Assembly (NCBI GenBank): GCA_002269645.1
Contig: NIVC01000459.1
Location: forward strand, 1 to 64,000
DNA: 64,000 bases
Reading direction: 5' to 3'
Source: Macrostomum lignano
Lineage: Eukaryota
Shown here in pieces: positions 45,023 to 57,600 of the stretch; positions within the stretch are counted from its first letter, which is position 1, and each line of letters begins with the position of its first letter. The notes below the pieces were generated by a model. The model saw only the letters and a list, made by a program, of their open reading frames with translations. It made no database searches and was not told the DNA's origin. Position numbers and translations under genes: made by a program.

Positions 45023-47450
45023 ATGGCTGCTGCTGGTAATTTTATTTTACGCTAAAATTCTAGCGCTGATTGGGAGCATAATACATAACGGGCACTGTTT
45101 ATGGTTTTGAGGTTTCACTTTCAGTAGCAGAAATATTGAAAAATGAGGCCATGAATTGTTGAGACTTTTTTAAAAACTGAGAACGCTTGAATGCGAAGTT
45201 CACAAAGCTTTTAAGTGACTCAAGTACCTTGTCTACTTCCTTCGAGTATGAGCAATTTTTTCTTTGTCTCCGTTTTGGCAGGAAAGCTTTCTGAACGGAC
45301 TCCAGAGGCTTCGGATGGAGTTCCGCCGGAGGACAGCCTGGCTGGCACAGGTGAATTGCTAGTCTGCACTTTTGTGACGCATTTTATGTCTTGGGCAGTT
45401 TGAGCGATCAGGGTACCGCATGATAGGGACTTCCCATTGAACTCTTCAAAATATAGACTCAAACAGTTAAACCGTAAGACAACTTAGCCCATTTTAAATT
45501 TTAGGTCTTAAGTACATCCGCGGAGCCGCTCATATTTACGAAGACTTGGAGCTGGATAAACGTGAAGACAACTACAAAGCTTTAAAACAATATGAGCAGC
45601 TGTTTAAAAGCACCGGACTGGAGACCAAAAGCAGGTTTAGCTGTAATCCATTAATCACTTCTTCTATGATTAGTGACTCAAAAAATCAACGCAGAATCAG
45701 TGTGTTTCTCATTGTTGCTGGAGACAGTTGCGATCCAAACGATCCAGAAAAATTGGCTACCAGGCCGGATGATGTGTTGCAAGCAATATCGGAAAAGTAT
45801 CACCTAGACACGCCTAAGCTACTAATATTCTGTCGGCTTATTGATCCAGGCGATCCGCTATTCGACGTCGCTACAAAAGAGGCAAGTGACATCGAATCGA
45901 GAGCTGAAGAAGATTGGAAGCGTGACCACCCCAACGTGGCACTGATATACAAAAGAGGCGACTACAATAACATGAGCTCCTTCTTGAACAACCTGAAGGA
46001 TGAGATCGAGCACAGGGACGACCCAGATAATCCTGGCAAATGTGCTCCAGTAGAATATATTGTTAAAAAGCTGACCCCAAACAACACTAAGAAGGACTTC
46101 TTCCACAAGGGGCTTTCAGACAACTCGGACCTCCGAATCGAGGCGTTCCGGTTCGAAGACAAGCTCCTGAAGAATGACCCGATGTTTAAAGACAAGCCAA
46201 GATTTTCACCATTGCCGGTCCCCGATATGGACGCCTGCTACGAAAACACTGGCGATGGAAAGGTCCTCATTATCAGTAATGAGAGATTCGACCGACAAAG
46301 CCGCCGAAGAGGCACGAGAATCGACTGCGAAAACTTGACCCACCTGTTTCATAGGCTAGGATTTGCGGAGGCAAGCATAAATGTGAAACACGATTTGAAG
46401 GCTTCTGATATGAGAAAAGCCGTGGAGAATTTCTGTCAGGACTGCGGCAGCTGCGCAGTTGTCGCCATCCTCACTCACGGAAGTGAAAATCGACTTTACG
46501 GAGTGGAGGAAGAGACGAGCGAAAACCCCAACTGGATTGCTGTTGAAGAAGTGATCAGCATGCTTTCAGCTTCATCGGGGCTGAGTAAGAAGCCCAAGTT
46601 TCTCATCGTCAACGCATGTAGAGATCCACCCGCGCCGCCCAATACCCCTAAGGCGCCGGGAACTGACTCAGTCCGGATCGATGAGTCGAAGAAAAAGTAC
46701 GCCAATTACTATTGGGGCTCCCGCTCGGCAATCATCACGGACCACGCTCCTGGAAGAGCTGGCCTCATCGTGGCCTACTCCACCCTGCCTGGCGAGAAGA
46801 GCTTCGGCATGGCCTACAGCGGCTCCCGGCTCATCAGCAGCCTCTGCTGGGTGTTTCATCAGCACGCTGGGCAGGAGGATGTGCTCACCATGATCAACAA
46901 AGTCAATGATCACATGACGAGTTTCAAAGAAGAAGGCGTCAACTCTGATACAGGAAATCCTGAAGAGACACAAAGGCAGCTCCCCAGCTGGCTTGTGGAA
47001 ACCACTCGCAAGTTCTACTTGGTGAAAGTGGTTCCTGCATCTGACAGGTGTGTTTTGCTATCAACTATTTTCCTTTTGACATAAATTGAGCTAAGTTAAA
47101 TCAATCCTTTTGTCCAACTCATGCAGATCCCAGGCCGACATGCAGGATGAGCTGCAGTGTTCGCTGGCTTCTCTGGGCTGCCCCTTCACCTCTAATGAGA
47201 CGAGAGAGCTGGCGACCCACTATGAAGACGCTGCCGATAAGCACCGCAGGCTCTGTTTCTTGAATCTTTGCAGAAAAATTCTAGGCGGAAAGATGAACTG
47301 CTTAAAGAAAAAATGGAAAATTCCAAACTGCGAGACGAACTGGCTAAGCAAACGATGAAAGAAAATTCCAAACTGCGAGACGAACTGGCTAAGCAAACGA
47401 TGAAAGAAAATTCCAAACTGCAAGATGAAATTGATTCTCGAGAGAAGTAG
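45023..47450 (+). CDS. Atypical caspase-family protein B (paralogue of A), ~649 aa if a 1-nt deletion near 47248 is corrected
   Basis: Exons 45023-45035, 45282-45350, 45505-47047, 47127-47450, same phases as A. GKVLIISNERF, RRGTRIDCENL, ILTHG, KPKFLIVNACR, AYSTLPG, QRQLPSWLVETTRKFYLVK; CSLASLGC-x12-H-x7-H; the coiled coil continues in another frame after ~47248. The first two small exons are less certain. Confidence 0.85.
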
Positions 47451-48789
47451 ATTTGCAATATTGAGCCATTGCTGTGCCATGGAAAGCAGGTTTAATCCAC
47501 GCAGATACAGGTTCGACTATTTTAATATTTAAACTATTTTAGTTTACGAGTAATTTGGCCCCTACAACAGACTTGTAAATGTCTTTCTAAATTCTCCGTC
47601 TTTAAAGTTAACTTTTTAACTAATGCTGTGTAGCTGTTTGAAAGTGATAATGCTAAAATTAAGATTTTTCATAAAATTAGTAAACTCTACGACGTATGCA
47701 CCTTGCCCTAAACCCTAAATCATTACATTAAAATACATGGATGTAGAGGTAGATATTATACAGAACTTTTCAGCTTTTGTCTTAATACTTATGTGAGCAT
47801 ATTGAGTGCAAAATGACGTCGGATTTGAAGACAAACCATTTTCCGCCCGTCGAACTATCGAGGTAAAATCCCCCCCCCCAGACAATTGTTTTGCTGCGCC
47901 GGAACGGAGCAACGCAGGCACACGAAATTCAAGAACACGGGCTGACTTTTATTGCGCACCTTCTCAAACAATAATCAAGTAGCCAGCCTTCCGGACCGTC
48001 GAGATATTCGACGATTCTGCCAGAAGGTCAGATTTTTCCATAAGCGCTAATGTGTTGAATACATCCCTGTGAGCCAATCAGTTGCCAAGCCTCCAAATTT
48101 CATCAGCAAGTCGACCACATGTATCTGCATCAGCTGTGACTTTGTAGGTCACTGGCTTTCACCCATACGAAGCTTCTGGACCTTCAACAAGTGGAACCAG
48201 CTGATTATGAACCACCGTTTAGTGTATAGTTCTACAGTTCAAGCCAGATCTTTCAGTTTTGGCCATTGGCCAAAATCAACTTCGGAAAAAATCAGATTTC
48301 GCTTGACTTATTTAGTTCACGCGCAAATTTATCCGAAAAACGCTAAACTGACGCTCATATAAAAGTAGTGCGTCATTAAAAATCAGAGCGTAGCTATACA
48401 TGTAATTAAACAAATCTATTGTTTCAACCGCGACTGTGACCAAATGTTTAACTTCTAAATGTGGAGGTTGAATTTTGTCTTAAAACAAGAATCATACACA
48501 ATATATTTTCAATTTTCTGCAACTATGTGAGCTAAATTCTAACAAGTTTTATTTGTCTGAAGTTGTCTTGATCACCGCTTTTAGTGAAAGTAAGTGTTAA
48601 TTTCTAAGAATAAGATAATGTGTCGTATTTTTTATCATAGACAAACAAATGAAAGAGAAAGAGAATGGCGACAATATAGGATTCAATCAGGGAAGCCTCT
48701 ATGGTCGCTGCGCTCCCCAGGAAGGGACACTCACCCGCCCCACCCCACTCCGCTATACAAGTTTAGGGGAATGGCATAGAATATGAAAT

Positions 48790-49050
48790 GATGCTGCTGC
48801 TTATCGATTTCGCGCTAGAGCAGTTTGTACGCGAACTTTTGTAACACCTCTCGTATTTCATAGCTTGCTAACTGGAAAAAACTGGTTCTTTGTAACAAAC
48901 TCTCAGTACTCCAACTCCATCTGTAAGCGCTCCGCATTTGCATATGCAGATGGACAAGCAAAGAAGCTGAAAAATCGACGCTTGGTTCACTTCTGATGCC
49001 GTACCCAGCATCTTTCCAAACGCGCCATCCTACTTTACCATCCTACTTAC
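48790..49050 (+). pseudogene. Degenerate THAP-domain remnant (transposase-derived)
   Basis: TCT GAT GCC GTA CCC AGC ATC TTT CCA = SDAVPSIFP, matching the THAP C-terminal AVPTIF signature; the upstream part is disrupted. Confidence 0.45.
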
Positions 49051-49184
49051 CAGGCACATTTTGAGGTCAAAACTATCTGAGAAATGAGCTATAGCTCTGA
49101 TGTATACTCGTAGTAGACTTTGCTTTTGTTTTATAGAGTCATACAAAGTGCTATTTTTATACAGCTTGCCCCAGCAATTTTCTG

Positions 49185-50051
49185 CTTAATTAAAATAAAT
49201 TATAAAGCCCTCTTATCCCTCTTATAGTCCATGCGTGCGGTAAATTCCAATCTATCTATGTCTATGGCTAAAACCAGAAGAATGCTTTGCCCATAAATCA
49301 ATGAATCTATCACTAGGTTCCTTCGTGCGTAAATAGTCTATGGCTCATAGACTCGTGCCAAGACTATTAACGCACTCGAAACCAAGTAATGAATCAGGGA
49401 TCTCTGTATTGAATCAGAGAGTGAAGTTAATTTCACTCTCTTTTGCTTAATTATCCCCTGAGGGTAACCATTTCATTTTTTTCATATGTTTGCATGGCCT
49501 GAAGGGTTGTCAAGTATTTTTCTCGCACTAACAAAACGGAAGTTTTTTTAATAATACAACTTAACCTTGGAGACCTAAAGTTCCGAATGTTTTGCGTTGA
49601 ATAGTGCAAACCGCATCTTTCTATGACTTTTAGTTTAAAAAAGTTATCAATCATAGAAATGAAAAAACGTTGCATTTTCATATTCATTCACTGCTTTCCA
49701 ATTGGGTTTTTACCCCTAAACTTGTATGCTGCCTAAACTAGTGTCCCTCCTGGGGAGCGCAGCGACCATAGAGGCTTCCCTGATTCAATACTTGGTTTTG
49801 AGTGCTTAAATGGTAGATTTATCTCTAGGTTTCGAGTGCGTAAATAGTCTTGGCACGAGTGCGCGTTAGCTTAGGGGGCCATAGACTATGAGCAATAGAC
49901 TATTTACGCACGAAGGAACCTAGTGATAGATTCATTGATTTATGGGCAAAGCATTCTTCTGGTTTTAGCCATAGACATAGATAGATTGGAATTTACCGCA
50001 CGCATGGACTATAAGAAGGATAAGAGGGCTTTATAATTTATTTTAATTAAG
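49185..50051. mobile_element. Non-autonomous DNA-transposon-like element with ~200-bp terminal inverted repeats
   Basis: 49185-49383 is the reverse complement of 49828-50051 (few mismatches, ~26-nt insertion in the right arm). Confidence 0.82.
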
Positions 50052-50134
50052 TGACAACAGCAATGGAAAATATATTTGCTTGCGAACATGTAAGTTTCAG
50101 TTCTAAATTTCGGTACCTCTGCTGATAGAATTAG

Positions 50135-51090
50135 TTCAGTAGCTCAGGTAGAATTGGTTCACTAGCTCAGGTAGAATTGGTTCAGTAGCTCAGGTAGAAT
50201 TGGTTCAGTAGCTCAGGTAGAATTGGTTCACTAGCTCAGGTAGAATTGGGTCAGTAGCTCAGGTAGAATTGGGTCAGTAGCTCAGGTAGAATTGGATCAG
50301 TAGCTCAGGTAGAATTGGGTCAGTAGCTCAGGTAGAATTGGGTCAGTAGCTCAGGTAGAATTGGGTCAGTAGCTCAGGTAGAATTGGATCAGTAGCTCAG
50401 GTAGAATTGGGTCAGTAGCTCAGGTAGAATTGGTTCAGTAGCTCAGGTAGAATTGGGTCAGTAGCTCAGGTAGAATTGGATCAGTAGCTCAGGTAGAATT
50501 GGATCAGTAGCTCAGGTAGAATTGGTTCAGTAGCTCAGGTAGAATTGGGTCAGTAGCTCAGGTAGAATTGGATCAGTAGCTCAGGTAGAATTGGTTCAGT
50601 AGCTCAGGTAGAATTGGTTCACTAGCTCAGGTAGAATTGGTTCAGTAGCTCAGGTAGAATTGGTTCAGTAGCTCAGGTAGAATTGGTTCAGTAGCTCAGG
50701 TAGAATTGGGTCAGTAGCTCAGGTAGAATTGGGTCAGTAGCTCTGGTAGAATTGGGTCAGTAGCTCAGGTAGAATTGGGTCAGTAGCTCAGGTAGAATTG
50801 GGTCAGTAGCTCAGGTAGAATTGGGTCAGTAGCTCAGGTAGAATTGGGTCAGTAGCTCTGGTAGAATTGGGTCAGTAGCTCAGGTAGAATTGGGTCAGTA
50901 GCTCAGGTAGAATTGGGTCAGTAGCTCAGGTAGAATTGGGTCAGTAGCTCAGGTAGAATTGGGTCAGTAGCTCAGGTAGAATTTTCTCAGTAGCTCAGGT
51001 AGAATTGGGTCAGTAGCTCAGGTACTGAGACAGTAGCTTAGGCAGGATTATCTCATTAGCTCAGGTAGAATTAGACCAGTAGCTCAGGTA
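50135..51090. repeat. 23-bp minisatellite (CAGTAGCTCAGGTAGAATTGGGT), ~40 copies
   Basis: Tandem units read directly. Confidence 0.96.
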
Positions 51091-51638
51091 GACTTAAATA
51101 AATTTAATAAGTTGAATACGTGCGGAAATTTACAGCACGGTGGTTGGAATTTACAGCACGGCTTGGGATTTACTGCACAGTCGCGTTATTGGTGAAGGAT
51201 TGCTTTTTGGCCATAGACAATGAATAGTGTCAGCAATTTAAGAATGCTTGGCCATATGTCAATGTCTAGGTCTAGTCATGGACATTTAAGCAAGAAGAAC
51301 CAAGTATTGAGTAGTATTGCAACACGATATATATTTCTCGTGCATTAAATGACTCTAGCAAATACGCGATCACGAGCCATTTAAGCACGCTTTTTGTGTT
51401 TAATGCCGCTTTTACACATTTATATCGTGTTACAATAATGCATTGTTGCACGCGTTATTGTTGCAAGTGCCTCATACGCGCACTCGTGCCATAAACGTTA
51501 ACAGCACTCAAAAGTTAGTGTCAATCCATTATTGCATGCTGAGGGCTTGCTCTCTATGGCTAAACTCCACAGTGGTACTGCTCTGTTGACAATGTCATTC
51601 ATGCATGTAGGTACACGACTGTTGCAGGATCGATTGGC

Positions 51639-54600
51639 CTACACAACCTCTTTGAACAGCGGCATGATGACCAAGATGATGAGGGTTGACGCGGACGCTG
51701 CCACCAAGAAGAGCCAAAACAGCATGCGATCCACGATGAAGGCCAGCATTCGCCAATCGTTGATGAGCAGCTGGGCGGCCTCATCCTCGGCCTGTTTGCG
51801 CATCAGGTAGCGCAGGTGCCGCTGCATCCGGTCGTACTGCCGGTAGCGCTTGTCCGCCTCCATCGTGGTTGACTTTCCTTCCACTCCGCCGCCGGACCCG
51901 TTGCTGGCCTCCGTCTGAGCTGCGTCCGCGGCGGCGGCAACTTCTCGACGCGACTCCTCGTAGCGCTGGCGCCGACGGCCGGCCTTGCGCTGGTAGCGCG
52001 CCACGGACGACATGCAGAGCAGCGGCGCCAGCCGGTTGAACAGGAGGCTGCGCAGCTGCCGCGGCACCGGCCGGTCGTTCGGGCCAACATGGTGCAGGTG
52101 GAGCACGAATACTGTGAGCACGATTGACAGCGAGGTGGTCGACATGGTCACTGTCAGATAGATGCCTGCGGGTGTGCGCGTCAGATTTAATTTCGCTGTG
52201 TACAGTGGGTAATGACAGTCAAACCCCCCCTTTCCAGCAGGATTGGCACCCTCCCCCTTTCCAGCAGGATTGGCACCCCCCCCCCTTTCCAGCAGGATTG
52301 GCACCCCTCCCCCTTTCCAGCAGGATTGGCACCCCCCTTTTCCAGCAGGATTGGCACCCCCCCTTTCCAGCAGGATTGGCACCCCCTTTCCAGCAGGATT
52401 GGCACTCCCCTTTCCAGCAGGATTGGCACCCCCCTTTCCAGCAGGATTGGCACCCCCTTTCCAGCAGGATTGGCTCCGTCCCCCTTTCCACCAGGATTGG
52501 CACCCCCCCCCTTTCCACCAGGATTGGCACCCTCCCCCTTTCCAGCAGGATTGGCGCCCTATAAAGAGCTGGTTAATGTACAAAGACGTTAAGTTCTCAC
52601 TCAAATCAAAGCTCCTTGCTAGATATTTCCTGACAAACATTTTGTTACCATAGCAACAAGCCCGAGTCCCTATACTCACCGATCAGAGGCACGAACTCGC
52701 TAGTTGCCGGCATGTTCTCAGCTATGAGCAGCATAAACACTGAGAAGGCCAGCAGCACAGTGATGCCCAGAGTGATCTTCTCCCCTGAGTCGGGCGGCAG
52801 CCAGAATCCCAACAGACTGAGCACGGTGAGCCACAGGCAGGGAAATATTATGTTGAACAGGTAGTACAGAGTGCGGCGCTGGATCACTATGTGGAACTTG
52901 ATGTCCGGGTAGGGCACCGGGCTGATGGGGTAGACCGTCTGGAATTCGGACCCGCCGAGTGACCGGTTTTTGTAGCTGCCATCTATGCAGCTGCAGTGCA
53001 ATTCTTACCACTCACTGCCTGAGACTCCTGTTTATGCTCATGTTCATGCTCTCTCTCCCTCTCCCTCTCCCTCTCCCTCTCCCTGTCTCGTTCTATCTCC
53101 CTCTCTCTCTCCCTCCCTCTCTCCCTCTCCCTCTCCCTCTCCCTCTCCCTCTCCCTCTCTCTCCTCTCCCTCTCCCTCTCCCTCTCCCTCTCCCTCCCCC
53201 TTTCCCACTCCCTCTCCCTCTCTCTCCTTCCCCATCTATATCTCTTCTATCTCTTACCATCTCCCTCCTCCTCGTCTCCTTGTATATCCCTTGAGCTTCT
53301 CTCTATTCCCTCTCACTTCTGCTCTCCCTGCCTCTCTGCTCGCTGTGCACCTCTTGACGATTCACGTCGACTCGTAGCAGATTCCATTCACCGCTTTGCA
53401 CGTAGTTGGCGAAGTCGACCTCTTCTCGTCTGGAATGGCCGATTCCACTCAGACTCATATAGACTCAGACTCATATAGACTCAGACTCATATAGACTCAG
53501 ACTCATATAGACTCAGACTCATATAGACTCAGACTCATATAGACTCAGACTCATATAGACTCAGACTCATATAGACTCAGACTCATATAGACTCAGACTC
53601 ATATAGACTCAGACTCATATAGACTCAGACTCATATAGACTCAGACTCATATAGACTCAGACTCATATAGACTCAGACTCATATAGACTCAGACTCATAT
53701 AGACTCAGACTCATATAGACTCAGACTCATATAGACTCAGACTCATATAGACTCAGACTCATATAGACTCAGACTCATATAGACTCAGACTCATATAGAC
53801 TCAGACTCATATAGACTCAGACTCATATTGATACTGTATTTCTACCCACAGTAATAGGATGCGTTCGTTAACTCACTTTTTCGTAATATTAACTTGATAA
53901 CCATCGTAGGTCCAGGACCCGAACTTCATCGTGCACACCTGATCGTCAAACGGGAAATAGGTGATGTCGATTTTGCAGGTAGAACGCAGCTTAGCTGGCG
54001 GAGGCCAGAACACGGTGCCGCTTGAGTCCACCATCGCCTTGCTCTGCATGTAGCCTGTGGTGAAGTCGTCTGCGCTGCAGTTCATTGTTGAGGAGGATGG
54101 TATAGGGAACTATCCATATAGTGTAGGGATGGCGCCCCACAGCTATCAATACAGTGTAGGGATGGCGCCCCACAGCTATCAATACAGTGTAGGGATAGCG
54201 CCCCACAGCTATCAATACAGTGTAGGGATAGCGCCCCACAGCTATCAATACAGTGTAGGGATAGCGCCCCACAGCTATCAATACAGTGTAGGGATAGCGC
54301 CCCACAGCTATCAATATAGTGTAGGGATAGCGCCCCACAGCTATCAATACAGTGTAGGGATAGCGCCCCACAGCTATCAATACAGTGTAGGGATAGCGCC
54401 CCACAGCTATCAATACAGTGTAGGGATAGCGCCCCACAGCTATCAATACAGTGTAGGGATAGCGCCCCACAGCTATCAATACAGTGTAGGGATAGCGCCC
54501 CACAGCTATCAATACAGTGTAGGGATAGCGCCCCACAGCTATCAATACAGTGTAGGGATAGCGCCCCACAGCTATCAATACAGTGTAGGGATAGCGCCCC

Positions 54601-57600
54601 ACAGCTATCAATACAGTGTAGGGATAGCGCCCCACAGCTATCAATACAGTGTAGGGATAGCGCCCCACAGCTATCAATACAGTGTAGGGATAGCGCCCCA
54701 CAGCTATCAATACAGTGTAGGGATAGCGCCCCACAGCTATCAATACAGTGTAGGGATAGCGCCCCACAGCTATCAATACAGTGTAGGGATAGCGCCCCAC
54801 AGCTATCAATACAGTGTAGGGATAGCGCCCCACAGCTATCAATACAGTGTAGGGATAGCGCCCCACAGCTATCAATACAGTGTAGGGATAGCGCCCCACA
54901 GCTATCAATACAGTGTAGGGATAGCGCCCCATAGCTATCAATACAGTGTAGGGATAGCGCCCCACAGCTATCAATACAGTGTAGGGATAGCGCCCCACAG
55001 CTATCAATACAGTGTAGGGATAGCGCCCCACAGCTATCAATATAGTGTAGGGATAGCGCCCCACAGCTATCAATACAGTGTAGGGATAGCGCCCCACAGC
55101 TATCAATATAGTGTAGGGATAGCGCCCCACAGCTATCAATATAGTGTAGGGATAGCGCCCCACAGCTATCAATATAGTGTAGGGATAGCGCCCCACAGCT
55201 ATCAATACAGTGTAGGGATAGCGCCCCACAGCTATCAATATAGTGTAGGGATAGCGCCCCACAGCTATCAATACAGTGTAGGGATAGCGCCCCACAGCTA
55301 TCAATACAGTGTAGGGATAGCGCCCCACAGCTATCAATATAGTGTAGGGATAGCGCCCCACAGCTATCAATATAGTGTAGGGATAGCGCACCACAGCTAT
55401 CCATATAGTGTAGGGACGGCGCCCCACAACTATCAATATAGTGTAGGGATAGCGCCCCACAGCTATCTATATAGTGTAGGGATAGCGCCCCACAGCTATC
55501 TATATAGTGTAGGGATAGCGCCCCACAGCTATCAATACAGTGTAGGGATAGCGCCCCACAGCTATCAATACAGTGTAGGGATAGCGCCCCACAGCTATCA
55601 ATATAGTGTAGGGATAGCGCCCTACAGCTATCAATACAGTGTAGGGATAGCGCCCTACAGCTATCAATATAGTGTAGGGATAGCGCACCACAGCTATCCA
55701 TATAGTGTAGGGACGGCGCCCCACAACTATCAATATAGTGTAGGGATAGCGCCCCACAGCTATCTATATAGTGTAGGGATAGCGCCCCACAGCTATCTAT
55801 ATAGTGTAGGGATAGCGCCCCACAACCATAGTAAAGAAAGTAATTTTCAAGCCACTGTAAATCTAGCCAAACAACAAACTTCAGAGCAATGAACTCCTTA
55901 AACTTAATAAATAATTGACTCTGAAAGTCAAACTCGCAACTCATATCTCTGTTAATTCCCGAACAGCTAACGGGGATCTGAGGAGAATATAAATTGACCC
56001 GCTAAGGCCAGACAGAGCCCCATAGATACGCCTCGTATACATAACCATAGGAAGGCTCTGGGCAATCGATCACCTTTCCTCTGGTCGGGATTTCAGAAGA
56101 CGAAGCGTTCGGCTTGCCGAAAAAAAAGTCATGCGCTGCCCAATGTAGTACCCATTATTTATCCCCAGATAGAGAAATCCCCAACTGAGATTTTTGCATA
56201 TCTAAAATGCGACTGAAACTATATGAGCTGACAGTTGATAAATTCTCACAAAATACTGCGGATATTTCTAATGTACTTTTTAGCAGATATATGATCTCAC
56301 CGGTTGTACTAGTACAGCACAATATCAGCATGATCTCACCTGTTGTACAGCACAATATCCGACATGATTTTACCTGGTGTACAGCACAATATAAGCATGA
56401 TCTCACCGGTTGTACAGCACAATATCAGCATGGTTTCACCTGTTGTACAGCACAATATCCGACATGATCTCACCTGTTGTACAGCACAATATCCGACATG
56501 ATTTCACCTGGTGTACAGCACAATATCCGACATGATTTCACCTGTTGTACAGCACAATATCCGACATGATTTCACCTGGTGTACAGCACAATATCCGGCA
56601 CGATCTCACCTGTTGTACAGCACAATATCCGACATGATCTCACCTGTTGTACAGCACAATATCCGACATGATCTCACCTGTTGTACAGCACAATATCCGA
56701 CATGATCTCACCTGTTGTACAGCACAATATCCGACATGATCTCACCTGTTGTACAGCACAATATCCGACATGATCTCACCTGTTGTACAGCACAATATCA
56801 GCATGGTTTCACCTGTTGTACAGCACAATATCCGACATGATCTCACCTGTTGTACAGCACAATATCCGACATGATTTCACCTGGTGTACAGCACAATATC
56901 CGGCACGATCTCACCTGTTGTACAGCACAATATCCGGCACGATCTCACCTGTTGTACAGCACAATATCCGGCAGCCAAATCTTCTGACAGGGCACGCGCA
57001 ACACCTGCAGGCCATTGTAGTCGCTGGGATCCCAGTGCAGCCGTTCGTCCTGCCATTCCTGAATGCGACATGACGGAGGAAGTCCATGGTTATGCATGCA
57101 GTTACAGGCAGGTTCAGCCGACAGTCGACCCCTCAAGAAGGGTGTACAGCGGCCCAGACTTTCATCCCAGTAAAGCCAGTGTACACTTTTTGCGCCTTGT
57201 GGGTTGGCCCTGATGGACGTGAATCACTCGAGATGCACGCGTCTAACTTGGAAAAGCTACCTCATCATTTTCTCCATTTACTTTAATCCTCAAAGGCAAG
57301 TCTCACCTGTTCTAGCCAGACGTTGGTTGTAAGTACCTGGTTCACTTCATCCTGTAAAATCCAAAGGAAATTTTTAAAGACACTTCATACTCGTAGTATA
57401 AAATATGAATGAGCTGGTCTTCAGTGCCTAATGAGTAATCAAAACATTTTTTGTTCACCTTTGCTTTGTCGAGATCATGTGTATGCAGGGACTTATCTGA
57501 GATCCCTACACACCCACTCGGCGCTACCTTTCTGCGTGAAGTACTGAAATTCACTCACAGTCGTATTTAGTTAGCTGTGTGCGCGCTCGAATTCAAAATG

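Noticed and set aside
47780-48330. Degenerate minus-strand SWIM/transposase-like frame
   Set aside because: Several stops and no complete CxC..CxH motif.
53991-55944. 489-620 aa ORFs ([11 protein letters not shown] etc.)
   Set aside because: Translations of a 33-bp intronic minisatellite, open in several frames and on both strands.
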